Position numbers and translations under genes: made by a program. Below the pieces are notes generated by a model. That model did not search any database. It saw nothing but the letters and a program-made list of their open reading frames with translations, and was not told the origin of the DNA. Of a stretch of 64,000 bases of DNA, positions 1 through 16,800 are shown piece after piece. Positions within the stretch are counted from its first letter, which is position 1. Each line of letters opens with the position of its first letter. The stretch is from the human T2T-CHM13v2.0 reference genome, Homo sapiens: assembly GCF_009914755.1 (NCBI RefSeq), contig NC_060937.1. One strand, 5' to 3'.

Positions 1-1068
1 GATTACTATACCAGTGAAATGGTTCTCACCAAAGGCACTAATAATTTCTCTGTTTTTAAAAGTAGTAGGTGCATAATATTCATATTACTTGATCTGTCTA
101 CAGTATTTGATAACAGCAATCACTTACAACTTAATATTCTCCTGGCTTTCATGATCTAATACTTTTACAGGATTTCAGCTACCACTACAGGTACTCTTCC
201 TTAGTCTCCACTGTGTGCTGTTCTTCTCATCAGATTCCCTTAAACATTGCTGTTCTCAGGGTTCTGCCACTGGGCACTATTTTATTCTCATTCTGTGCCT
301 TCTCCCTACAACTTAAATTACCGTTTTTCATATTGATCACTCTGAAATCCTACCCTTTATCCTATAATTTATTTTATCTAGATCTCTCACTCATATATCA
401 GCTTACCGATATATTTATATTTGGATATTTCACAAGCATTTCAAATGTGGCACGTCCAAATTCCAATTACCTTCTTCCCCCAAATCTGGTTCTTGGGTAA
501 AAGTAACTATGTTAGAAAGCCTTAACATTTTTTGAAAATTTCTTCCATTAATAAAATACAAAAGCAACTTAATTTGTGTAAAAACCACTAAAATCTTCAA
601 GGACTTTGAAAATGACATTCTTATATGCTGAGCAGCATGTGAAGAAGTAAAAATAAACAGGCATTTGGAAATCAGATAAATCTTGGGTGACATTTCTCAC
701 CTCACAAAACTACATAGGTTAACTAATATGCCACTTGAATCTTGAAGCATCAATAAATATGTAAGTCTGGCAGAACCATATAAATTTTTTTAAACAGGCA
801 ATTCATTGCTTAAAAAGTCTTAATTTGCTGGCATATAATATAAAGTAATTGCATTAAATGGTATAAAACTAGTACTTGAATTCAAAAAGTTAAATGTTCA
901 ATATTTACAATTTTTTTAGGCAGGTGGATCACTAAGACATGCTTTAGTAAAGAGTATTTAGAAGGTCTCATGGAGATTCAACAACCTAAATTAGTACAAG
1001 TAACAGAGGATTATTAAATGTTTCCTCTAAGATGTCTTGAAAACAAATTCAGTAAAATCTGCTCATTA

Positions 1069-1365
1069 GGCCGGGCACGGTGGCTCACACCTGTAAATCC
1101 CAGAACTTTGGGAGGCCGAGGTGGGCGGATCACGAGGTCACGAGATCGAGACCATCCTGGCTAACACGGTGAAACCCCGTCTCTAATAAAAAAAAAAATA
1201 CAAAAAATTAGCCGGGCGTGGTGGTGGGCACCTGTAGCCCCAGCTACTTCAGAGGCTTAGGTGGGAGAATGGTGTGAACCCAGGAGGCGGAGCTGGCAGT
1301 TAGCCGAGATCATGCCACTGAACTCCAGCCTGGGCGACACAGTGAGACACCGTCTCAAAAAAAAA
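1069..1365 (+). mobile_element. AluY-type SINE, full length
   Basis: Starts GGCCGGGCACGGTGGCTCAC; carries the AluY-type GAGATCGAGACCATCCTGGCTAACACGG; A-tail; flanking TSD core tctgctcatta. Confidence 0.92.
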
Positions 1366-1488
1366 TCTCTGCTCATTATTTCTCATTTGTACCATTCTTT
1401 TCCACATTTAACAAGGTCAGCAATAATATCACCACATGCATTAGACTCTGCCATTATAAATAAAGCCAATAGAATTATATTTTAAGTG

Positions 1489-1790
1489 TTATTTATTTAT
1501 TTATTTTTTTGAGTCAGAGTCTCACTCTGTTGCCCAGACTGCAGTCCAGTGGTGTGATCTCGGCTCACTGCAGCCTATGCCTCCAGTGTTCAAGTGAGTC
1601 TTGTGCCTCAGCCTCCCGAGTAGCTGGATTACAGGCCCGCACCACCACGCCCAGCTAATTTGTGTATTTTCAGTAGAGACGGGGTCTCACAATGTTGGCC
1701 AGGCTGGTCTCGAACTCCTGGCCTCAAGTGATCTGCCCACCTCAGCCTCCCAAAGTGCTGGGATTACAGGCATGAGCCACTGTGCTGTGC
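1489..1790 (-). mobile_element. AluS-type SINE
   Basis: (TTTA)n/T tail followed by the reverse-complement Alu dimer ending GAGCCACTGTGC. Confidence 0.9.
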
Positions 1791-3184
1791 TAGTAATTCC
1801 TACTTTAATACAATTTAGGTTCAACCCTGAAAACACTTGAAATACCTCCTTCCATATATGCTTGATGTAGAGTTTAGGTACTCCTGAGCTTATATTCCAG
1901 CTTGTGAATGATCTGCCACCAGATTGTCCAGGTATATCATTTCATTTAGGTATAAAATATGCTGATATATTTAAGTAACTTAAAATGAATTTGAAATTTA
2001 CAGGAGTAATTTTTAAGATTGCGTCTCCAATAAAAAATAGCACTGAATAAGGCCAAAAAGCATGTACTGAGAACAACATATATGGGACAGATATATTGAG
2101 GATTTTAGGTGAGAGACACGAAATTTGGTGTTAGGTTTTTTTAAACTATCTTGGATACTTGACATTAACCATGAAAACCTTACATATTAATCTAGCCTAC
2201 TTTTACCTCAATCACCAAAACTATTAATAAAATTACTAGGACAAATATGAGGACAACAGACAGTAATTTCCTAATGATTTGAAAGTAAACATTACTAAGT
2301 GATCGAGGTTCCTCCACACATTCCATTCCGGTCTCTTCTACTCATTTGTGTTCCCTACTCCCTGGCTAAATCTCATCATTCAAACTCAGCTCCAGCATTC
2401 AGCACTGAAAATCCTGTCTTGCTCTCTCTGGAACACTGACTAGGTGCCTCTTTTATGTGTTTTCATGTTATGCATGACCCAATTAAAGCTCTTATCGCCT
2501 AATAGTGTACATCACTGTTTTGCTGTCTCCTTCATTGTTTCACAAAGTCCTGTGGATGTAGATCCCATTTATTCATCTTTGTATTCCCATCATCTAAAGT
2601 ACCTCCAGCATTTCTTATGACTAAAAAGCTTTTTCAGGAAAAAATTTTGAAAGGAAAAATTATTTGCTTTTGGAAATATTTCAGTTTAAAATGTTATTAA
2701 AAGCATGTCTGATCTCTTTATTTTTAAAATCTACTTTGTGAAATCACAAAATCACTGAACTTCAAGGCTACCTGAGCCAAACAGGCTTCAGTAAATGAGC
2801 ATTTAAAACATCTGAAACTTAGTTTATCTTACATTTACACTCAGGAACAAAATAATAAACTATTTTAATCACCAATAGTAAGAAGATGTCTCTATATCTA
2901 AATGGCTGAAGATTTTACTCTTAAGGGATTCCATGCTCATGTCATCTATTCTAGTCTCTGCAGAGATAGGAAAATAATAAACACATTAATAAACACTTTT
3001 TAATTCTGAGGAAGATATACGTATATATAGGTATATACTCTCATATACATATAAAAACAGAAATTACTATCTTACAAATAGTGAAATGAGAGCATATTAG
3101 TTACCTGACTTTTTGAGGTATTAAAAGTTTCTTTAATGGTTTAAGAGTCAAAGTATTCTGCCAATAAAAATGCAATATACGTGT

Positions 3185-3452
3185 CAGTATACATTAGTCC
3201 AAACCCATAGAACGTATAACAGCAAGATTGAACCCTAATGTAAACTATGGACCTTGCGTATTAAGGATCTGTCAAGGAAGGTTCATCAACAGATATATAT
3301 GTACCACACTAGTGAGGGATGTTGATAACAGGGGAGGCTATTTATGTGTAGGGGAAGGGGGAATATGGGAAATCTCTGTACTTTCTGTCCAATTTTGCTA
3401 TGAACTTAGAACTACTCTAAAAAAATTAAGTCTACTTTTAAAAAAGAAAAAA
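3185..3452 (+). mobile_element. Old L1 (L1MC-like) 3' end fragment
   Basis: Motifs AACCCTAATGTAAACTATGGAC and GGAAATCTCTGTACTTTCTG typical of L1MC 3' UTRs, then an A-rich end. Confidence 0.7.
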
Positions 3453-3519
3453 ATGTACTATTACTAGATGCAAAATTATTACTTCAAAGAAATCTAGGTA
3501 AAAAGAAAACTATCTTAAT

Positions 3520-3827
3520 TTTTTTTGGGGGGGACAGGGGAGACAAGGCCTCTCTCTGTCGCTCAGGCTGGAGTGCAGTGGTACAAACACAGCTCAAACT
3601 CCTGGGTTCAAGTGATCCTCCACCTCAGTCTCACAAAGTGCTGGGATTACAGGTGTGAAACACCACACCTGGCCAATTTATTTTATTTTTTTATTTTTCT
3701 TTTTTAGAAACAGGGTCTTGCTATACTGCCCAGGCTAGTCTCTGACTCCTGGGCTCAAGCAGTCAATCCTCTGGCCTTGGGCCTTCCAAGTAGCTGCTAC
3801 TACAGATGCACACCACCATGCCCAGGT
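3520..3827 (-). mobile_element. Two tandem Alu monomer-like fragments (FLAM/FRAM or rearranged AluJ)
   Basis: Two short reverse Alu segments, each preceded by a T-rich tail. Confidence 0.7.
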
Positions 3828-4094
3828 AACAATTTTGATTTCTTCTTGATGAGAATGCAATATCCAAACATGACTAATTATATGAGGTATCTTATAATAA
3901 AGTATTAAAACCTTGTATTTTTGGAAACAGATGCTTAGAATGGTTTCTATTAAAACATATTTTCAAATTTAATGTTCGGATTTACTAACCCAGTGAAGCA
4001 TTCACACTTAACCATTACCATTAAAAAATAATAAACATTACAATGTGTGTACATAAATACAAATCTTACAAGTTAAAATTTACATATCACCTAC

Positions 4095-4177
4095 CTGTTT
4101 GCTTATAAATTGCTAATTCTTGCACAGTTTCCAAAAACTGCCAAAATTTTTCATTACTTTCTTCTGCCATAAATTCA
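4095..4177 (-). CDS. UGGT2: UGGT2 coding exon 2 (83 nt; (S)EFMAEESNEKFWQFLETVQELAIYKQT)
   Basis: Minus strand reads ttttaatag|TGAATTTATGGCA...AAACAG|gtaggt with canonical AG/GT. Exon 1 (AG) plus exon 2 (T) completes a Ser codon. The peptide continues the known UGGT N-terminus ...PLLLEASEFMAEES... Confidence 0.95.
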
Positions 4178-5280
4178 CTATTAAAAAAATAGAAGTAATC
4201 GGTTAGTAGATGGAATTTAAAATGGTTTAGATACTATAAACTGTACTCAAGAACCAAATTATATCTATGGCAAAAACAAAAACCCCTAAAAATTAATGTC
4301 AAATTACTAATTTCCATTTACTATAACACTGGAAAAAAACACACTGACTATTCTTACCTGAGATATCATTCTCAACTATAAACATATAATCATGTCAGGA
4401 AAAGGCTTCATGAGAAATTACCTTTGGCTTTTCCTTGTTATTAGCAACAACTAAAAAATTGATAGTTTATTCTATCTTGCCATATGAAATGCCACTGAGA
4501 AATACAAAAATTATAATTAAGATAGAACATTATATAAAGGTAAAAAGTAGAAAAAAAAGACCACCTGTTTCATAAACAAAAACTGGTTCTATAAATATTT
4601 TATAGAAGTTATATTATCTATTGCCTTTACTTGTGTAGAAAATCTTTTTTATTATTTAAAACAGAAAAGATCTTAATTTTAAAAACAGGAAATCAGTGTA
4701 CTGCACTATGTCTTTGGCCATAAAGCCCAATGAAATTTTCATGGTATTTAAGAAAAAATGGCCAAAGCCATTTAAAGCCTTTCAGAAATAATGAAATAAA
4801 TGAAAGATTTAGTTCTGCACAGAACAAAACACTAGAGAGCTAAAACAAATAGGGTTAAATATTTAAGCTAGAAACAAAACAGCCACCATACACATGGTGC
4901 TGATTATTTGTTATTGCCCACCTTACCTTTCTCTCTAGGCTTGGTAAACTTAAACTAATGCTTAAAATAAATGGAAAGTATTGAGAACATCCACAACACA
5001 TACAGATTAACTAATTCTTGTGAGTCTGACATGGCCACTAAAAAGGAAAAAGGAAGTCAGAAAGACTGATTAATTCATCAACATAAACACGACAAGCATA
5101 GGAATTTAGAGTAATAAGTAACTTCAAATCAACACTGGGCAAGGCTTAACTGATTTGACCAAACAGCTACAGACATGCTCATATACTGTGCAACCACAGG
5201 TAAAAACTTCTTCCAACTACCAGAATCTGTACATCTAACTAAGTCTGATCCTTCAAAGTGATCGCCTTAAGAAAGTGTTC

Positions 5281-8785
<3,505 letters not shown>

Positions 8786-8965
8786 GTATTCACTTAAAAG
8801 TTATTCCCTCAATACATCACTGCTCTAAGCACTTTTGGAACTCTTCTGGAATCTCAGAGGCCATTTACTGGTAACTCATTATTAATCACTGAAGAGCAAA
8901 CATCCTTGAGACCATCTAAACCAGTTCTGCACCTGGTAAAAGGTAAGATATTACCTTTGAACAAC

Positions 8966-9125
8966 ATTTTTGTTTGTTTGTTTAAGACAGCATCTCCCTT
9001 TGTCACACAGGCTGGAGTGCAGTGGTGCAAACATGGCTTACTTTAGCCTGGGAGGTCTCAAGCGATCCTCCCACTGCAGCCACTTAAGTAGTTGGGACTA
9101 CAGGCACATGCCACCATGCCCAGTT
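8966..9125 (-). mobile_element. Alu right-arm fragment (AluJ/FRAM-like)
   Basis: (TTTG)n tail followed by CAGGCTGGAGTGCAGTGG...CCACCATGCCCAG. Confidence 0.75.
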
Positions 9126-9399
9126 CACTCTTTTGGACAAAGTTTTTTTAAAGGTAACAAGCTGGCATTTGCAATTGTTCACTTGCCTTACAAAATATAT
9201 GGCTCAAAATAAGTGTATTTCTTCAAAAAATTCTACCCAGAGAAAACAGTTATTTCTACAAAGGGTGTTTTTATACGCACTAAAGAGTTTGACAGTAATT
9301 ATAAGTGGAATTTCAAAAATATTTTCAGTCAGATCAACACAAGTAGAATAACTGCAGTTCAGATGTACAAATTAAGGTATGCATACTGTAAAATGCTAG

Positions 9400-9702
<303 letters not shown>

Positions 9703-10683
9703 GCAAATTTTATTATACTATAAATTTCTTTATACAGGGGACATACCTTATTCATCTTTGTTTCCTACATAAGACTATACTCAAGTTATGCACTCAAATT
9801 TCCAGGATGAACTGAAAAATATCTGTGTGTGTGTGTATGCATTTATAGATTTTGGTTGGGAAGCTCAATTTTTGGATTTAAAGCATTATTCTTAAAAATT
9901 TCCCTCACTTGCTCCCACATTATTTTCCTTAAGTTCCTATCTGCCCAGCTCCTTCAACCTATTCAATGCTCTTCAATTCTTCCACTTCCACACTTACTCT
10001 TCTCAACCTCTTTGCTTTTCCTACAATTTTAAGAGAAACATAAACAAATTGAAGGAAAGCAGAATAACGAACTATATAAAATAAATTTTTTGAAGTGCAG
10101 TGGTTGAAGAAACTACAGGCTTTTGGCCTGCTATTCTCACATAATGTGTCACACACAGAAACAGATTTGGTTCTGAAAGAGAGGATCAGTAGATAAAAGG
10201 TATAGAGAGAAAGATTTTAGTTTATATAATAAAGGACCTCCTACAATTTTGATTTGTTCACAACAAAACAATAAGGCACATGAGGTAACACTGAGCATCC
10301 TCTCTGGATTTTCCAAGGACAAACTAGTTTCCACAAGTAAGGTATATTGTAGAGGTAATTCTGATGGTGGCTTAAAGTATACCTTTCCCTATAAAAAGTA
10401 CCTTTTGTTGAATTAGCATTACTGAGTACCCAACTTTTGTGCACTGTGCCTTGGCAAAATAAACATGAATAAAAAACAGTTTTGTCTCTGAAGCTCACCT
10501 TTTAACAACAGAGATTAGCATATATGATACCTTACAGTAAGGATTATTACAGAAATACTGGCCAAATGCTATGAGAGAATAATAGAAAGTTATTAATTTT
10601 GTCATGGGAAAGTATCAGGCAAGATAGAGTAATATGGTATGCCCACAAGTAAGGTATCAATGAGGAAGACTGTAAAAGAATGA

Positions 10684-12954
10684 TATATTACTATCCTAGG
10701 GCTACCACACCATTACCCAAGGATCCTCTACACATCTTTCCTGGATAACGCCATGTTTGTACTGGGCTTCTGCTGAGATGGTTGAGTGGATTCATGAATC
10801 ACAGGTCTAACCTATTCAGCAAGAGAAATTTATTCTCTCATAGTTCTGGAGGCCAAAAGTCTGAAGTCAAGGTTTGAGCAGAGTTAATGCAAAAGATTCT
10901 AAAAGCTGCCCTTTTTTTGTTGGGTGCATCATTCAAGCCACCCTCTAGCCCCCAAAAGCCCCCAAAATCCACCTCCCCTACATAAAATATATTTCCCTTT
11001 GCCAACAACCTCCAAAAACTCAACCAATTACAGCATCAATTCTAAGTCCAAAATCTCATGTAAATATCGTCAACTTCATTTACAAATTTTATCATCTAAA
11101 TCATGTATGGGTGAGACTCTGGGTATGATCCATCCTGGGGTAAAATTCTCCCCTGTCCACCTGTGAAACTAGAAAACAAGTTATGTTTCCAAAATGCAAT
11201 GGAGAGACAGGCATAGGATGGACACTCTAATTCCCAAAGGAAAAAAATAGAAGGAATAAAGGGGTCACTGGTCACAGGCAAGTTCAAAATCCAGCAGGGC
11301 AAATTTCCATTATGTTTCAAAGCCTGAGAATAACTCTCTGTGGCCTGATGCTTCACCCTCTGTGCTGCCTGCCATGGTTCTGCTTGCAGAGTTATTCTTT
11401 CTTTCTTGAAAGGGCAGCACAATGTTTACAGCCAAGTAGCTCTATAGTCCATTTCCTGCCTATAGAATTTTGGAAGTCCAACAGCCTTCTTTCATTTTGT
11501 CTTGTCTCTTTCGGTCCAAGCTGACAGTGTTTCTAATACATTCCCCAAAACTTTGTAAGACTATTGTATATTTCACCAAGAGCCACATCATTACACGGAT
11601 CCTCCCCAGATCCTTCCTGGATATCCCCACCTTCTTTATACCAAGCTTCTGGGGAGATGGTTGAGGGGACCCATGAATCACATGCTTAACCTGTTCAGCA
11701 AAAGGTTGTCCTGCCAGGTTTCTGTCTTTCTCTCCAGAGCACACATTCCCAACACTGAGTTTCCTAGTTGTAACACTCTTTACAATCTGGATAGGCTGAG
11801 AACCTCCAAAATCATCAAGTGTTGGTTCCTTTTTCCTTACCTGTTCCTTTTTAAATTTATCTCTTTCTTCTCTCATTTTAATATAGGCAGCGAGGAGAAA
11901 CCAAGCAGCACTTTTAACACTTTGCTTGGAAATCTTTTCAGCTCATATCCAAGTTCACCAGTTTCAAGATGTTTTCCACAAACTGTAGAAACCAAGTCAG
12001 CCGGTATTGTATCACTACATAACAAGGGTTACCTTTCTTCTAGATTCCAATATAATGTCTCTCATTTCCTTCCAAGCCATGGCCAGAACAGACTTCAATG
12101 TTCATATTTCTACTGAAATTCTCTTCAGGATGATATAAGTATTCTCTATGATGACAGAAGTTTTTTCAACTATGCCCTTTAATCTCTTCTAAGCCCTCAG
12201 CAGAATCACCCTTAATGTCCAGATTTCTGAAGTCTCCTCAAGGCAGTCTAGGCTTTTAATACCAAACTTCTCAAAATTATTCTAGCCTCTGTCCAACTCC
12301 ACAGCTACTTCTACATTTTGAACTATTTGTTACAGCAGCACCCAACTTTTTGGTCCAAAATCTGTATTAGTTTCCTAGATCTGTTTAACAAATTATGAAA
12401 AATTTGGTGACTTAAAACAGAAACTTATTCTCTCACAATTCTGGAGGCCAGAAGTCCAAAATCAAGGTGTTGGCAGGGCTGTGCTCCCTCTGAAGGCTCT
12501 AAGGGAGACTGTTCCATCCTGGTGGCTTCAGCTGTTCCTTGGCTTGAGGCTGCCTAACTCCAATCTCTAACTTCACATGGCCTTCTCCTTTTTGCCTGTG
12601 TCTTCTCTGCTTCTGTCTCTTAAAATGACATTGGATTTGGGGCCCATCTAGATAATCCAAGATGATCTCATCTCAAGATCCTTACTTACATTAACACAGA
12701 CATTTTTCCAAATAAGGTAACATTCACAGGTTCTGGGAGTTAGGATGTGGACATATCTTTTTGAGGCCAGCATTCAACCTACTACAGATGCCCCTTGACT
12801 TAGGGTTACCTCCCAATAAACCCATTAAGTTGGGTTTATTAAGTATTAAGTTGCAAATACTATAAGTAAAAAATGCATTTAATACCCTGGTAAACCCATA
12901 GTAAAGTCAAAAAATCCTAAATTGAACCATGATAAGTTGGGGACAATTTGTACA
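10684..12954 (-). mobile_element. MaLR MLT1 (MLT1C-like) element: 5' LTR ~12363-12954, internal region, and rearranged 3' LTR ~10684-10960
   Basis: LTR motif ATTCTCTCA.A.TTCTGGAGGCCA.AAGTC..AA.TCAAGG occurs twice; LTR/internal junction GATTTTGGACC on the minus strand; near-matching 5-bp flanks aatga/agtga. Confidence 0.75.
12785..12950. mobile_element. TcMar-Tigger MITE (MER47/Tigger5-like)
   Basis: Imperfect terminal inverted repeats CAGATGCCCCTTGACTTA / TAAGTTGGGGACAATTTG, flanked by TA on both sides. Confidence 0.75.
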
Positions 12955-13804
12955 AGTGATGGGGTTTGTAAATCAGACTGCGGCTAGACTGTCAAGGACC
13001 TTAAGGAGCATAACACAGCAGTTCCAACTCTAAGACTCTCAAGGCAAATGTAAAGCCAGATACTGTAACAAGCAGTCTAAGGCTGGAAAAAGTTAGACTG
13101 ATTTGGAGCTAAGTGTGAGATCAGATCTAGGCAAACAGTTAAATACTGGGGAAAGGATAAAGGAAGGGGATCAAAATTAAGCTAGAATCAGGTATTAAAT
13201 AAAAACCGTTTTAGCCTCCCACTCAAATGGACAGAGCAGCATGTGGAGTCTTGAATTCTGAACCTTTGCTCCAGAACTGCTGCAGGAATAAATTAGAAAA
13301 GCCAAGAGAACCCACAGACCCTCTGAAGGAAATGAATTGCTCCTGTAGGACCTGGGAGATACCCCAAATACTCTGAGTACCCAAACTGTGAGAGTGGGAA
13401 AGGGGGATTGTCTGCCCCTGAAAACACACTCTCACTGGGGAACCCGAAGGTGTATATCACTGGAGAAGATTCTGACCTTACCTGGGGCTGAGTCAATTTA
13501 GAGAGCCAAGCAAAATACAAGGGTAGAGGAAGCAGCAGGAAAAGCCCTGTGGGCTCTCTGGGTCCCCTAGGAAGCTATTTCTGCCTTGCCTCACAGGGGT
13601 CCTCGGGTAGGGCTGCCAGAGGTACTGGGAAGAGGCCACAGGGAGAAGGAAACCTCCAGCTGAACCTTGTAACAATTTCAAAGGAACAAGAAATCTCCTG
13701 GCCAGAACTTGGGAGAGGGCATGAATCTGGTGTGCAAACTCCACAGGTGGGGAAGCATGAGAGCCCTATTTGCATTTGCAGCTGGGAGGCTGGTAGCCTG
13801 GGGC

Positions 13805-13862
13805 AAGTTCTCAGCCCTGCTCGCCCACCACCTAAGTTCTCAGCCCTGCTCGCCCACCGCCT
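13805..13862 (+). repeat. 29-bp tandem duplication in the L1PB 5' UTR
   Basis: AAGTTCTCAGCCCTGCTCGCCCACC(A/G)CCT x2. Confidence 0.9.
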
Positions 13863-16800
13863 GGAAACAGACTCAGTGCTGTTGGGTGGGGCACAGAGGG
13901 AGTGAGACTGGCCTTTTGGGTTGCATGGGAGCTGGGTGAGGCCTGTGACTGTAGGCTTTCCCCCACTTCCCTGACAACCTGCATGACAAAGCAGAGGCAG
14001 CCATAATCCTCCTGGGAATATAACTCCATTGACCTAGGAATCCCACCCCCATCCCCCACAGCAGTTGCAACAAGACCCACCCAAGGACAGTCTGAGCCCA
14101 GACATGCCCTAGAAATGCCCCTATCTGATGGTCCTTCCCTACTCACCATGGTAGCTGAAGACAAAGGGCATATACTCTTAGGAGTTCCAGGGCCCACCCA
14201 CTGCCTGATCCTCCCCATACTACCACAGCTGATGCTCTATTGAAAAGGCCACCTCCCTGCAGAATGCCAACCAGCACAAAAATAGTGCATTAAACAACAA
14301 AAAGTAAGGACCCTCAGAGAGTCCATTTCACCCCCCTGCCACCTCCAGCAGAGCAGGTGCTGGTATCCACAGCTAAGAGACCCATAGACAGTTCAGATCA
14401 TAGGACTCTGTGCAGACAATTCCTAGTACCAGCCTGGAGCCTGTTAGACCTACTAGGTGGCTAGATCCAGAACAATCTCTACAGCTTGGCTGTCAGGAAG
14501 CCACATCTGTAGGAAAAGAAGGAGAGTACTACATCAAGGGAACACCTCTATGGGACAAAAGAATCTGAACAACAGCCTTCAGCCCTAGACCTTCCCTCTG
14601 ACAGAGCCTACCCAAATGAGAAGGAACCAGAAAACCAACTCTAGTACTATGACAAAACAAGGTTCTTTAACACCCCCCAAAAAAATCACACTCGCTCACC
14701 AGCAATAGATCCAAACTAAGATGAAATGCCTGATTTACCTGAAAAGAATTCAGATGGTCAGTTATTAAGCTAATCAAGGAGGCACCAGAGAAAGGCAAAG
14801 CCCCATTTAAGGAAATAAAAAAAAAAAGATACAAGAAAGGAGGGGAGAAATCTTCAGTGAAATAGATTGCATAAATAAAAACAATCAAAACTTCAGGAAA
14901 CAATGGACGCACTTATAGAAATGTAAAATAGAGTTTCAGCAATAGAATCAAATAAGCAGAAGAAAGAACTTCAGAGCTTGAGGACACGGTTTTAAAATTA
15001 ACCCAATACAACAAAGACAAAGAAAAAAGGATAATAAAATATGAACAAAGCCTCCAAGAAGTCTGGGATTATGTTAAATGACCAAACCTAAGAATAATCA
15101 GTATTCCTGAGAAAGAAGAGAAATCTAAAAGTTCGGAAAACATATTTGGGGGAATAATTGAGGAAAACTTCCCCACCCTTTCTAGAGACCTAGACATCCA
15201 AATACAAGAAGCTCAAAGAACACCTGGGAAATTCAACACAAAAAGATCATTGCCTAGGCACATAGTCATCAGGTTATCCAAAGTTAAGATGAAGGAAAGA
15301 ATCTTAAGAGCTGTGAGGCAAAAACACCAGGTAACTAACCTATAAAGGAAAACCTATCAGATTAACAGCAGATTTCTCAGCAGAAACCCTACAAGCTAGA
15401 AGGGATTGGGGCCCTATCTTCTGCCTCTTAAACAAAACAATTATCAGTCAAGAATTTCGTATCTAGCAAAACTAATCTTCATAAATGAAGGAAAGATACA
15501 GTCTTTTCCAGACAAAAAAATGCTGACAGAATTTGCCACTACCAATCCAGCACCACAAGAACTGCTAAAAGGAGCTCTAAATCTTGAAACAAATCATGGG
15601 AATAAATCAAAACAGAACCTCTTTAAAACATAAATCTCGCAGGACCTATAAAACAAAAATACAATTAAAAAAACAAGGTATACAGGCAACAAATAGCACA
15701 ATGAATAGAATGGTACCTCACATCTCAATACTAACATTGAATGTAAAGGGCCTAAATGCTCCACTTAAAAGATACAGAACTGCAGAATGGATAAGAATTC
15801 ACCAACCATCTGCTGTCTTCAAGAGACTTACCTATCACCTAAGGACTCACATAAACTTAAGGTAAAGGGGTAGAAAAAGATATTCCATGCAAATGGACAC
15901 CAAAAGCGAGCAAGAGTAGCTATTCTTATATGAGATAAAACAAATGTTAAAGCAACAACAGTTAAAAAAAGACAAAGAGGGACATTATATAATGATAAAA
16001 GGCCTTGTCCAACACGGAAATATTACAATCTGAAATATATATGCAATAATGGAGTTCCCAAATTTATAAAACAATTACTACTAGACTTAAGAAATGAGAT
16101 ACACAGTAACAAAATAATAGTTGGAGACTTCAATACTGCACTGATAGCACTAGACAGGTCATCAAGACAGAAAGTCAACAAAGAAACAATGGATTGAAAC
16201 TATACCCTGGAAAAAATGGACTTAACAGATATTTACAGAACATTCTACCCAACAACCACAGAATATACATTCTATTCATCATCAGTGCATGAAACTTTTT
16301 CCAAGGTAGACCACTGATAGGCCACAAATCAAACCTCAATAAATTTAAGAAAACTGACATTATATCAAACACTCTCTCAGACCACAGTGGAATAAAACTG
16401 AAAATCAACCCTAAAAGGAACCTTCAAAACCATGCAAATACATGGAAATTAAATAACCTTCTCCTGAATAAGTCAACAATGAAATCAAGATGGAAATTTA
16501 AAATGTTTTTGAACCGAACAACAACAGTGACACAACCTATCAAAACCTCTGGGATACAGCAAAGGCTCTGCTAAGAGGAAAGTTCATAGCCCTAAATGCC
16601 TACATCAGAAAGTCTGAAGGTGCACAGACAATCTAAGGTCTAACCTCAAGGAACTAAAGAAACAGAACAAACCAAACCCAATCCCAGTAGAAGTGAAATA
16701 ACCAAGATTAGAGCAGAACTAAATGAAATTGAAACAAACAAAAAATACAAAAGATAAATGAAACAAAAAGCTAGTTCTTTGAAAAGATAACATAAATAGA

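Noticed and set aside
4350-4365. Strong minus-strand donor-like CAG|GTAAGA near exon 2 (similar motifs at ~4925 and ~24940)
   Set aside because: No matching acceptor or UGGT-like coding frame could be identified; such motifs are common in introns
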